DNA of 32,000 nt from Candidatus Thorarchaeota archaeon (GCA_048882505.1 JBHLRO010000003.1:210001-242000); one strand, 5' to 3'. Shown: positions 1-8,938, numbered from the stretch's first letter. Numbers and translations: made by a program. The notes: generated by a model from the sequence alone, not told the origin.

Positions 1-303
1 ACCACGTTTGAGTGCACGGTCTCTCGCTAATACGTGTTTTTCACTGTTACTATAACGGAGGAAAGAATTAACCTGATTAAATCCGTTGACAAACAAAAAA
101 AGAGGAAACGTTAAGAATAAACCAATTAATGTCACCAAAAACCATATTAAACTCACCCCCCCTTGATCCCAATTAAGGACAGCCGGATAATCATACCAAA
201 TCATGCCATGAGTTATAATCATTAGAATTATTCCGATCCCTTTTAACAAATCAACTGAGAAAAGGTAGAATGAAGGCGATGGATTTCTTTTATTTGCTTC
301 CAA
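1..303 (-). CDS. Partial membrane protein, DUF1624 / heparan-alpha-glucosaminide N-acetyltransferase-like (runs off the left edge)
   Basis: Not in the ORF track; translated by hand. TTG start at 303 with AGGAG about 10 nt upstream. Reads (M)EANKRNPSPSFYLFSVDLLKGIGIILMIITHGMIWYDY...VSLIWFLVTLIGLFLTFPLFLFVNG..., open to base 1. The 'S-x-D-L-L-K/R-G-x-x-I-x-x-M-x-x-x-H' N-terminal motif is typical of DUF1624/HGSNAT/acyltransferase-3 membrane proteins. Confidence 0.7.
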   Translation of the reverse strand, partial: MEANKRNPSPSFYLFSVDLLKGIGIILMIITHGMIWYDYPAVLNWDQGGVSLIWFLVTLIGLFLTFPLFLFVNGFNQVNSFLRYSNSEKHVLARDRALKRG

Positions 304-602
304 GCCATTAGGACTCCTAACTTAGATCATCAGCGAATATTGTAGTTTTAAAATCTGTTGTGAAAAGATTCATAGCTTTTCTATTCCTCTGTCCTCCTCC
401 CGAATTAATATAATTCGGATGAGGGTTCCGTCAATTGAATAACGATTACCCGTAAAAATTGATGACACGCTCATCTTGGTCTTTGTTCAGCGAAAAACAA
501 TGACAGGAACTAGTGCGCTGAAAATTTGAAAATTTCAAAGTCCATCTACCAGCCCATTCCCCGTTGATTAGGTTTCCCGATCACCTTCCATTAAAACCTT
601 AG

Positions 603-1286
603 ATGATTGCCATGTCAGAGACCCCTAAACTATTCATTTTCGACCTTGATGATACATTGATTCGCTCAAACATTGACTATATGGCAATAAGATTGTCTAT
701 TGCAGAGCTTTTTGATTCTCCGCCCACATTAAAAGAACTATCGGGGACTCCGATATTACTTGTCCTGGAAAACCTCCGGAAGATCCATCCAGAAAGATAT
801 CGGGAGGGAAAAAGACGAATCTACGAAACCGAGGAAGAAGCCGCAAATACGGCAGCTGGGATTGATGGTGCGCACACCATTCCGGAGCTATTGGATCAAT
901 ATCAGATTTATTCCGCCATCCTCACAAATAACTCTCGAAAAGGTGTTGAAATTTATCTGAATAATCCAGAGCTCGCATACCTGACGAAATTCAAAATCTT
1001 CACACGGGATGATTTTTCCCAGGCCAAGCCTTCCCCAGAAGGTATTGAAACAATCATTAATTACTTTAAGAATCATGTGGACAGAGGAATTACAGGCGAT
1101 AATACTGTATACATAGGAGATTCCTATATTGATGCTTTGGCGGCTGATCGCGCTTGTGTGAGGTTTGTATGGTTTCATTCACGGAAAATTGCGGATCACC
1201 TGTTCCCCACACAACCAGTGGCCACTCTTTCCAACTGGAACCAACTTGAGGGCTTAATAGCTCGGTTTTCACAAACCGTTTTGTAA
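603..1286 (+). CDS. HAD-superfamily hydrolase (phosphoglycolate phosphatase-like)
   Basis: HAD motif I FDLDDT, motif II LTNN, motif III KPSP, motif IV GDSYID. Confidence 0.9.
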   Translation: MIAMSETPKLFIFDLDDTLIRSNIDYMAIRLSIAELFDSPPTLKELSGTPILLVLENLRKIHPERYREGKRRIYETEEEAANTAAGIDGAHTIPELLDQYQIYSAILTNNSRKGVEIYLNNPELAYLTKFKIFTRDDFSQAKPSPEGIETIINYFKNHVDRGITGDNTVYIGDSYIDALAADRACVRFVWFHSRKIADHLFPTQPVATLSNWNQLEGLIARFSQTVL

Positions 1287-1397
1287 CTGGAAAAAAAAAA
1301 GGGTACCTTATAATCAGCGAAGTATTCCCCCCGCTCGTGAATTTAGTTGCCCCCGTGCATTATTCTTTCATATTATTAGCCAATAAATACGTCGGAG

Positions 1398-1610
1398 ATG
1401 AAATCAAAATTGCGCTTGTTTGCGTTCCAAGAATTAGCTTATGCAATAGTAGTCGCTAGCGCTTATGGCCTCCTAATTGGCATTTTATATAACCCAGCCC
1501 CCGATGTGTTCATCTTCATCGTTTGGGGAGGTATGATTTTGTTACATTTGCTGGGAATAATTTTAATAGTTCGTCTTGAGGAACGAGAACAGAAATCAAA
1601 TGACATGTAA
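1398..1610 (+). CDS. Small two-TM membrane protein, unknown function
   Basis: 70 aa with two hydrophobic stretches and a charged tail; GGAG immediately upstream of the ATG. Confidence 0.55.
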   Translation: MKSKLRLFAFQELAYAIVVASAYGLLIGILYNPAPDVFIFIVWGGMILLHLLGIILIVRLEEREQKSNDM

Positions 1611-1746
1611 ACTGGCAATCAGTAAAACGTGAAACCTGGCGATGACTCCGAATAGGGTATGTCTTCACCTTTATAATAACATCACATAAGCCATCATTGA
1701 TCAATTCCCAGTTAATCGTATAGATAAATAAAAGGAAAAAGCAAGT

Positions 1747-1926
1747 ATGTCAACTCAATTAACCTGTCACGAATGTGGTGCCACTGAAGCAATTCCAAAC
1801 CACTGTGGGCAACCCATGCACATTGAAGAGGTTGAGGGCAAAGCGATACTTGTCTGTTGGATGGGTCCTGGGTGTGGAAAACGAGAAATACCCGTACATC
1901 ATGGTAAACCAATGTTCATTCCATGA
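1747..1926 (+). CDS. 59-aa Cys/His-rich metal-binding miniprotein with two desulforedoxin/rubredoxin-like repeats
   Basis: Below the ORF-track length cut-off; translated by hand: MSTQLTCHECGATEAIPNHCGQPMHIEEVEGKAILVCWMGPGCGKREIPVHHGKPMFIP*. Contains an internal repeat L-x-C..CG..IP-x-H[C/H]G-x-PM. Confidence 0.8.
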   Translation: MSTQLTCHECGATEAIPNHCGQPMHIEEVEGKAILVCWMGPGCGKREIPVHHGKPMFIP

Positions 1927-2016
1927 TGGTATCTATCTATTATAGCTGGGTCTGTTAACAGTTTTTATTTGAATATTGTTTTCCGAGAATAGACTGTAAC
2001 TCTTTTAAGGTAAAAA

Positions 2017-2030
2017 TTCACAAGTGTGAA
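2017..2030. promoter_or_regulatory. Palindrome TTCACA-AG-TGTGAA just upstream of a TATA-like TTATAT (2034-2039) in front of the iron permease
   Basis: Perfect 6-2-6 inverted repeat seen in the sequence. Its role as an operator is inference. Confidence 0.35.
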
Positions 2031-2096
2031 CAATTATATGATGATGAAATCACTACCTAGATCAAGATTAAAATTGTGTTAATTAAATAATTCAAC

Positions 2097-3098
2097 ATGA
2101 TTCTTGGTGAAACCAAATTGGCGTTGTCCGTAATTGTGAGTCTCTTAATATTCAGCTTTGTTACGTCGTTACGAGAAGTTCTGGAGGCCGCCCTGATCAT
2201 TGGCATGATTGGGAGCTATTTGGCTGTGATTAACCGTAAAGATCTCTTTAAAGATGTTTTATTTGGGATTGCTGCCGCAATTGTTCTCAGTATTGGTATG
2301 GCATGGATTTTTTTGACTTTATTTGCAGGATTGGAAGAATATCAAAAATTATTTGAAGCAGGGGTCATGCTTCTCGCAGCCGCCGTCCTTACATGGATGG
2401 TAGTATGGATGTCTCAGCAGGCCAAGAACCTCAAAACGGAGTTCCAAGAGAAAATTGATAAAGCTATTACCCGTCAGGAGAAAGCAGGTATCATTTTATT
2501 GGTCTTCTTTTCAGTGGGCCGCGAAGGGGCCGAACTGGTTCTCTTCCTGTATGCAAATTACCTCAGTGGTATCCAAGAGCTGGATCCGATCCTTAGTCTT
2601 TCCGTAAATCTGGGAGGATTTGTTATTGGCGTTTTCGGGGCTATAATGCTTGCTTTCATCCTATTTACAAGCACTCAAAGGTTGAGTCTCAAAAGATTTT
2701 TTCAAGTAACCAGCTTTATACTCATTGTGTTTGCTGCCGGACTCGTGGCCCATGGGATTCACGAAGTGTTTGAATATTTGGAAATTAGTGGCTCTTCGGT
2801 GACAGAACTCTTTATTTGGACCGAAGTCTGGAACATTAACTTTACTCCCTTAGGGGACATGTTTCAGCTACTTTTTGGATGGGGATATGATCCCAGCTTT
2901 CCGTTGCGGTTTGAAAAGAGCTTTATTGGCGGAATTTTAGTAGGTTTATTCGGTTGGAACGACAATCCCGCATTGATAGAAGTTGTTGCTTACATTGGCT
3001 ACTATGTTTTGCTAGCGTGGATACTGAGCCGAATCAAGCCCAAACTGATGCCAGATAAAGCTGAAATTCCTACTCCAGGAACGCCCATTAATCCATGA
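2097..3098 (+). CDS. ftr1: FTR1/EfeU-family iron permease
   Basis: Two RExxE motifs (REVLE, REGAE) in a multi-TM protein, plus AAGLVAHGIHE and the C-terminal 'LFGW' region typical of FTR1. Confidence 0.92.
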   Translation: MILGETKLALSVIVSLLIFSFVTSLREVLEAALIIGMIGSYLAVINRKDLFKDVLFGIAAAIVLSIGMAWIFLTLFAGLEEYQKLFEAGVMLLAAAVLTWMVVWMSQQAKNLKTEFQEKIDKAITRQEKAGIILLVFFSVGREGAELVLFLYANYLSGIQELDPILSLSVNLGGFVIGVFGAIMLAFILFTSTQRLSLKRFFQVTSFILIVFAAGLVAHGIHEVFEYLEISGSSVTELFIWTEVWNINFTPLGDMFQLLFGWGYDPSFPLRFEKSFIGGILVGLFGWNDNPALIEVVAYIGYYVLLAWILSRIKPKLMPDKAEIPTPGTPINP

Positions 3099-3145
3099 GC
3101 AGAAAGACATTCTATCATCTTTTTTTATCCAAATTTGAGTTAGGA

Positions 3146-5266
3146 CTAATCCAGGATTCTCAAGGAATTGAGGATTGTCAGAATTGTTACACCTACGTCG
3201 CCAAAAACTGCAGCCCACATAGTGGCAATACCCATTGCCCCGAGCAGGATGAAAACAACCTTCAAGCCAATAGCAAGTCCAATATTCTGCTTGGCAATTT
3301 TTCGGGTTTTCTTTGCAATTTCCATTGCAATCCCTAATTTTTCTGGATTGTCGTCCATAATCACTAGATCTGCTGCTTCAATGGTAGCATCGGATCCTAT
3401 TCCTCCCATCGCAACTCCTACATCGGCCCCTGCAATCACAGGCGCGTCATTAATTCCGTCGCCCACAAAAATAACGTATCGTCTTTTATTTTCGGATCCA
3501 TCGTTCATGTGCGCCTCCAAAATCTCCAATTTATTTAGGGGCATCAAGTTTGTATATATACTATCGGATTGGATCCCTAATTCATGACCCACCCGTTCTC
3601 CTATGTCTTTGGTGTCCCCAGTTAAGAGCCCAATTGTTTGGATGGAGAAATCATTCAATCTAGCTATTGCTTTCTTTGAGGACTCCCTGATACGGTCATC
3701 AACAATAATATGACCCATATACTCATTATTTTTGATGACATAAACCGCAGTTTGATCCTTAACGCAGTTCGGATGCGGACATTCTATTGAATGAACTAAA
3801 CGGTCGTTTCCCACCATTATTTCATCATTAAATCCACCGTTATCTACGCGGCACCTAATCCCCAATGCAGGGAGCTCCTCATATTGTTCAATTCTAGACA
3901 GATCTGTCGGTTTACCATATGCTTCGCGAATTGAAACAGCGATGGGGTGGGTCGAGTGAGCTTCAGCTATGGCAGCGATTTTAAGTACCTCATCGGGAGG
4001 TACACCTTTTCGCGGAACAACCGTAACTACTGAGAATTTTCCGACTGTCAAGGTTCCGGTCTTATCCCACAAGACGGTATTAATTTTGCCGAGTTCATCA
4101 AGGACATTGGCACCCTTGAAGAGAATTCCTTCACGGGAACTCTTGCCAATTCCAGAAAAATATGCGAGTGGAACAGAAACAACGAGCGCGCACGGACAGG
4201 AAATTACAAGAATCACCAGAGCTCGATATATCCACTCGTTCAGTGGTTCTTGTAAAAGAAGCGGAGGAAAAAGGCCCACTAAAATTGCAAAACCAAGAAT
4301 TATTGGAGTATAAATTCTTGAAAAACGAGTTATGAATCGTTCAGTGTTAGATCTCTTATTAGTAGCATTCTCGATGGCATTCAAGATCCTCGAGACCGTA
4401 GAATTATTAAAAACGGAAGTAACCCGAATACAAATGCTATTATTCGGAATGGCCCCCGAAAGTACTTCCATCCCAGGACTGACTCTAACTGGACGTGATT
4501 CCCCAGTTAAAGCTGATAAATCTAAATTCGCTTCTCCCTTTATGACCACACCATCTAAAGGAACTCGCTCTCCTGGTTTTACCAGAATAATGTCCCCAGC
4601 GTTAATTTCCTCTGCGGGTACTGTTTTTACTGAATCATCTAGCAGTAGGTGAGCCTGGTCGGGCCTAATATCTATCAATGCAGAAATAGATCTTCGAGAA
4701 CGGTTTACTGCTCTCATTTGTAGAGATTCGCCTATGGTGTAAAATACCATCACTGCTACGGCTTCTGGAACCTCTTGGATTAAAATAGCTCCAAGCGTTG
4801 CTATCGACATCAAGAAATATTCATTAGTAAGGTCTAGATTCCGTATTCGTTTCACTGCATTCCATAAAACCTTCCATCCCGCAACACCATATGCAACCAA
4901 CAGCGATATATATCCCAAAAGGATGATATCGCTTGGTAAACTAGAAGTAATCAGAACCATCCCTATCAAGAGCAGTATCGAAGCAAGTAGTGCTTGTACT
5001 AAAGGTAAATTCTCCCTAAACCATTTTTTGGTTACGCTCCCCATAGTTGAAGCTGATATTGCTTTAGTTTCAGGATCTACTTTTGAAATAATCTTGTTTA
5101 TTGTTTCCAAATCATCTGAAGATAGATATAGAGTATTTGTTGCAAAATTAACACAAACTTGTTGATAGTTGTGATTTTTCAGAGATTGTTCTATTTTTAA
5201 TGCGCAATCCGTGCATGTAAGTCCCTTTAATTCATATTTGAAGATAGTTTCTCCCATATTCGACAT
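3146..5266 (-). CDS. cadA: Heavy-metal-translocating P1B-type ATPase (Zn/Cd/Pb, ZntA/CadA type)
   Basis: N-terminal HMA motif GLTCTDC, TGES, CPC in TM6, DKTGT, HP, GDGINDAP, plus the TM7 Lys (GLKVV) and TM8 Asp (FGDVG) characteristic of P1B-2. The track start at 5308 overlaps arsR; the likely start is 5266 (MSNMGE) or 5257. Confidence 0.93.
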   Translation of the reverse strand: MSNMGETIFKYELKGLTCTDCALKIEQSLKNHNYQQVCVNFATNTLYLSSDDLETINKIISKVDPETKAISASTMGSVTKKWFRENLPLVQALLASILLLIGMVLITSSLPSDIILLGYISLLVAYGVAGWKVLWNAVKRIRNLDLTNEYFLMSIATLGAILIQEVPEAVAVMVFYTIGESLQMRAVNRSRRSISALIDIRPDQAHLLLDDSVKTVPAEEINAGDIILVKPGERVPLDGVVIKGEANLDLSALTGESRPVRVSPGMEVLSGAIPNNSICIRVTSVFNNSTVSRILNAIENATNKRSNTERFITRFSRIYTPIILGFAILVGLFPPLLLQEPLNEWIYRALVILVISCPCALVVSVPLAYFSGIGKSSREGILFKGANVLDELGKINTVLWDKTGTLTVGKFSVVTVVPRKGVPPDEVLKIAAIAEAHSTHPIAVSIREAYGKPTDLSRIEQYEELPALGIRCRVDNGGFNDEIMVGNDRLVHSIECPHPNCVKDQTAVYVIKNNEYMGHIIVDDRIRESSKKAIARLNDFSIQTIGLLTGDTKDIGERVGHELGIQSDSIYTNLMPLNKLEILEAHMNDGSENKRRYVIFVGDGINDAPVIAGADVGVAMGGIGSDATIEAADLVIMDDNPEKLGIAMEIAKKTRKIAKQNIGLAIGLKVVFILLGAMGIATMWAAVFGDVGVTILTILNSLRILD

Positions 5267-5270
5267 TTTC

Positions 5271-5633
5271 CTAGCTGTGATGAATCTCCTGGAGATGTTC
5301 CAAGGCATAGGTCAAAATTGGTTCCAAATGCTCAATTTCCAAAGAATAGTAGCGATGTTTATTATTCGCTTCACGGCGATATTTCACTAAACCACCTTCT
5401 CTCAATTCCTTCAATTGGTGTGAAATCGCGGAGACAGACATTTCCAGAACATCACTTAGATCACAAACACATAATTCACCTTTAGATAAGGCGATAAGGA
5501 TTTTTATTCTTGTATCACCTGCAAGAAGTCGGAAAAAGCCGCTGAGTTCTCCAATATTAGTGTTTTGAACTTCAACTTGGGCGTTCTTTATTTTTTCTGG
5601 ACCTTCGACGGTTTCGCTAGTGGATCCTGACAT
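5271..5633 (-). CDS. ArsR/SmtB-family metal-responsive repressor (CadC/SmtB-like), co-transcribed with the ATPase
   Basis: LAGDTRIKIL..ELCVCDL..MSVSAISHQLKELR HTH, and an alpha5 H-x10-H-x2-E ending ALEHLQE (SmtB has ALDHLQE). Likely start is MSGS at 5633 (track start 5708). Confidence 0.92.
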   Translation of the reverse strand: MSGSTSETVEGPEKIKNAQVEVQNTNIGELSGFFRLLAGDTRIKILIALSKGELCVCDLSDVLEMSVSAISHQLKELREGGLVKYRREANNKHRYYSLEIEHLEPILTYALEHLQEIHHS

Positions 5634-5684
5634 TTTCGAAAAATCCGGTAAGTTTCGATGATGATTGTATAATCTGATATTCAC

Positions 5685-5708
5685 TTGAACACTTGAGCAA
5701 TTGTTCAA
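5685..5708. promoter_or_regulatory. ArsR/SmtB-type operator upstream of the arsR-cadA operon
   Basis: TTGAGCAA|TTGTTCAA (5693-5708) is a 7/8 palindrome, and TTGAACA (5685-5691) is also inverted to TGTTCAA. This resembles the TGAACA..TGTTCA core of SmtB/ArsR operators and lies in the divergent intergenic region. Confidence 0.7.
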
Positions 5709-5825
5709 ATAACTTTCTATTTACAAACCATATTTACCCATCAGGGCTCAGAATCTGCATGGAGAATCAACTTAATCGTTTTTCGCAATTGAATGTTTAT
5801 ATGGAATGGATTTAATGCCTTAACT

Positions 5826-6500
5826 ATGGATTGTCCCCAATGTGCCGCGTTGGAAAAGCAATTTGGGAAAAAAACCGCTAGAAAAGATCTGAAGAGGTAC
5901 CAAAAGAAGGGCCCCAATCAGACAACTCAATATATTCTGAATTTTTTCGGGTCACTTGGAGTTAGCAATCTATCTTTACTTGATATAGGCGGGGGAGTGG
6001 GTGTAATCCAGCACGAACTGATTAAAAAAGGTATTGTATCGGATGTACTAAACGTAGATGCTTCTTTGTCATATCAACATGTAGTAAAAGATGTAGCCGC
6101 TCGGTTAGGTTACCAAGAAAAAATTAAATTCCTTTCAGGAGATTTCGTCTCCTTAAGCGATCAAGTTCCCGACGCGGATATTGTTGCTTTAGAACGGGTG
6201 GTTTGTTGCTATCCAAATATGGTTCAGCTTATTGAAGACAGTTTGGCCCGAGCAACCTCCTATTACGCAGTTGTGTATCCGCTTAAAACATGGTGGATGG
6301 AAATCGGGTTTGGGGTACTCAATTTCTTCATGCGAATCACCCGTAATAGTTTCAGGGTGTTCCTTCATAAGCCACGTGACCTACACGCTCTTATTCGCGC
6401 ATATGATTTCCATGAAGTCTTTAAAAAACGAGCAGGTATTTGGATGGTAGAAATCTATAAGAAAGAGTCATCGCGAGACGGGGATCATGTTAACGCCTAA
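5826..6500 (+). CDS. Class I SAM-dependent methyltransferase (BchM/Mg-protoporphyrin MTase-like fold), substrate unknown
   Basis: Motif I LLDIGGGVG, VDAS, GDF, and 'DIVALERVVCCYP'. Likely start is MDCPQC at 5826 (track 5793). Confidence 0.85.
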   Translation: MDCPQCAALEKQFGKKTARKDLKRYQKKGPNQTTQYILNFFGSLGVSNLSLLDIGGGVGVIQHELIKKGIVSDVLNVDASLSYQHVVKDVAARLGYQEKIKFLSGDFVSLSDQVPDADIVALERVVCCYPNMVQLIEDSLARATSYYAVVYPLKTWWMEIGFGVLNFFMRITRNSFRVFLHKPRDLHALIRAYDFHEVFKKRAGIWMVEIYKKESSRDGDHVNA

Positions 6501-7242
6501 TTCAGGATCGGGAGATTTCGCTGATATTTCTTCTCAGATTCACGAACTGCAAGACCTGATGGACGAGGGAATTTTAGACAAAAAGAAACATAGAAAGAAA
6601 TACCTCCGTGTGTTACGAAGAGCACGAAAACTCCCACCGATTCATCTGAATGATGATTCAATTGCGTTCTTAGATCAGATCGATCTTTATTTTTTCCAAA
6701 TATGGGATGTTCCCAAGTTTTCGGTTTTTTGGATGAATCTTCTTGTTCTCCTAGTTATTCCGCTAACTGAAATTCTCTATTGGGGACTCTTACCATTGAT
6801 TAAAGATATTATGCTGTCTTTCATCATCTATGTGGTCGTAAGTCTCTTTCTCTTCTTTTTTTCCCATTGTTTCTTCCATTGGCTCATCGGATTCTTGGTG
6901 GGAATTCGATTTCGGCAGTATTTCCTATTTCGGTCATCTTTTCGAAAAGTGAACATCTTCCCAGTAACCATTCTGACTCGATTTCCAGTTTTAGGGATCA
7001 AGTACGAACTTAGATCTTTCCTTAAAGTTTCTCGGTGGCGTCGTACATTAATGCTGATCTCCCCACCTTTTTTAACAGGCGGATGGTTTCTTTTACACTA
7101 TTTTCCCCTCGCTCAATTGTATGGAACAAATCCGCTTATTTCCCTCCTTGGTGGACTGATTTTGCTGGGGATCGTAATCTCCTTCATTGTCAGTTTCTTC
7201 TTTTATGGTGATTTATGGAAAGCTAGGCAGGTATGGAAATAG
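6487..7242 (+). CDS. Hypothetical multi-pass membrane protein
   Basis: 251 aa with a charged N-terminus followed by about 4 TM segments; overlaps the methyltransferase stop by 14 nt, consistent with an operon. Confidence 0.7.
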   Translation: MLTPNSGSGDFADISSQIHELQDLMDEGILDKKKHRKKYLRVLRRARKLPPIHLNDDSIAFLDQIDLYFFQIWDVPKFSVFWMNLLVLLVIPLTEILYWGLLPLIKDIMLSFIIYVVVSLFLFFFSHCFFHWLIGFLVGIRFRQYFLFRSSFRKVNIFPVTILTRFPVLGIKYELRSFLKVSRWRRTLMLISPPFLTGGWFLLHYFPLAQLYGTNPLISLLGGLILLGIVISFIVSFFFYGDLWKARQVWK

Positions 7243-7318
7243 CTGCAATACGAGGGGATTAGTTTCAAGGGAATATGGGCCAGAATAATTGGTTTCCTAT
7301 TTCTTAGAGCGAAAAAGT

Positions 7319-7858
7319 TCATACATGTGATTTGAGAAACTGACGAACGAGACTTTCATAAATTTCTGGGATCTTGTCCCCTCCTTCTTTAGCAGAACAT
7401 TCATAGAATGGATAGTTTAGTTGCTTGGCGATCTTATTGCCTTCTTTGGTTGGAATTTGCCGAAGGTTTTCCAGATCGATCTTATTCCCGATGATTATTA
7501 CATAGACATCATCTCCCACGACATCTTTGTAATCTTTGATTAACTCTGGCAACGTTTCCAACGTGTCTGGTCGTGTTATATCATATACCGCCAGGCAACA
7601 CGACGACCCCTCATAATATATCCTCCGCATTTTCCCGAACTGTTCCTGTCCAGCCGTATCCATCAGTACCATTCTAACCTGTTGCCCATCCATGGTTAAC
7701 CGTTTGACAGTAACGTCTACTCCTAAGGTTGGAATGTAATTCGAGGAAAAGGTATTTTCTGCGTATCGTCGGATTAGTGAGGTTTTTCCCACACTATAAG
7801 AACCGGTTGTACAGATTTTAACAATTATTTCATTCTTCATTTCGTTCTCACTGTTCAT
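7319..7858 (-). CDS. Rab-like small GTPase (Ras superfamily)
   Basis: G1 GSYSVGKTS, G2 YIPTLGVD, G3 DTAGQE, G4 NKID, G5 CSAK, plus Rab-like YYEGS..VYDIT. No C-terminal cysteine. Confidence 0.93.
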   Translation of the reverse strand: MNSENEMKNEIIVKICTTGSYSVGKTSLIRRYAENTFSSNYIPTLGVDVTVKRLTMDGQQVRMVLMDTAGQEQFGKMRRIYYEGSSCCLAVYDITRPDTLETLPELIKDYKDVVGDDVYVIIIGNKIDLENLRQIPTKEGNKIAKQLNYPFYECSAKEGGDKIPEIYESLVRQFLKSHV

Positions 7859-8550
7859 TGAAAAGGAAGTTCATGTTCCAAATACGATTTTAACCTATGC
7901 TAAACAGCTTGGATCACAGTATTCGTTATAACTTGACCAGCGGGGATTTCTGGTTTTCAGGGGGAAACAGTTCTTAAACTATTTCTCAAGCTCGAATCCG
8001 ACATCTGGTTGTTGATTATCGGCCTGTGAATCTAGTTAGTCAATTTGGGTAAGGAAGATACCAATTTGCCATGGTATAACGGTTCAGTTAAACAAATCCA
8101 GCCTAAAAGCACCTCCGTCATCACTAAATATCTCTTATAATTTATGAGTCGCAGAGGAAAATCCAAATAGGGCTGTAAATTGACCTTTCTTGAGGAAATT
8201 CATCTAGATAGTTATAGAGTGAAAAAAATTAGTATTCACCATATTTCGCAGATACTTTCTCCGAATTCAACCTTATTGAATTAGGGATATTGTCTTTCTT
8301 TCTTTTGGATCCAAAGGGTCGTTGTGATAAAAATTGAGGTAATTAACTCAAACGTAGTGTTCTTGAAAAGTTCGCGGGGTCAATTATCTTCGGTTAGACC
8401 GGCCATCATTAAGGATGTATAAGAGAATCTATTCCTCCTTTAAAATGCCCCCTCTTAACATCTTATTATCGATAAAAGGCAAAGGTAATATTCTTTCAAT
8501 GGTAAATATCAGGATTTAACTCGATCCCATTAATTACAGGGAGGCTAAAA

Positions 8551-8751
8551 CTAAGCGGCCCGAGAATCTTCCTCCGTTTCCTTTAAATCGTTCAGAAAAT
8601 CCTTCTGTAGTCTTGAATATGTTAAAAGGTCATCTCTTTCTTCCAGCTCTTCAAACGTTAAGTCCACTGCCTTAAACATGATGGTTTTTGCCCGTTCCTC
8701 CGAAATTTTTGCTGTTTTCTGCTTGAAGCTTCGAAGTCCTTTGCTGCTCAT
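8551..8751 (-). CDS. Small charged helical hypothetical protein
   Basis: MSSKGLRSFKQKTAKISEERAKTIMFKAVDLTFEELEERDDLLTYSRLQKDFLNDLKETEEDSRAA has amphipathic, protein-like composition. The ATG at 8751 is preferred over the TTG at 8775. Confidence 0.6.
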   Translation of the reverse strand: MSSKGLRSFKQKTAKISEERAKTIMFKAVDLTFEELEERDDLLTYSRLQKDFLNDLKETEEDSRAA

Positions 8752-8938
8752 CCAACAACCACATTCTGTAGGCAAATTTTGAGATTAGTCGGAAGATGGT
8801 ATTACCTGCTTATTAATCAGAGAAATACGGGGGTCATACCGCTTTAATCCTACTGGTTTTAGGCACCCCTTTGGCATTCTACTATTGCACACCCTCTCTG
8901 GTGGCGAATAATCATCCAAGTGCCAGTGTATTGGATCC

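Noticed and set aside
760-1272. Short ORFs inside the HAD gene (760+, 888-, 1090-) and many similar 60-140 aa ORFs overlapping well-supported genes (e.g. 3168+, 3969+, 4332+, 4923+, 11426-, 12107-, 13494-, 19992+, 20632+, 22666+, 25804-, 30244-, 31212-)
   Set aside because: These are antisense or alternate-frame shadows of genes with clear motifs and have no family features of their own.
1516-1912. Track ORFs 1516..1704 (-) and 1712..1912 (-)
   Set aside because: 1712..1912 is the antisense shadow of the 59-aa Cys/His gene on the + strand; 1516..1704 has no protein-like features and overlaps the 1398 gene.
1924-1990. Possible selenocysteine read-through of the TGA ending the Cys/His miniprotein
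   Set aside because: The read-through frame (WYLSIIAG...) has no metal-binding or redox pattern, the repeat unit ends naturally at PMFIP, and no SECIS-like element was recognised.
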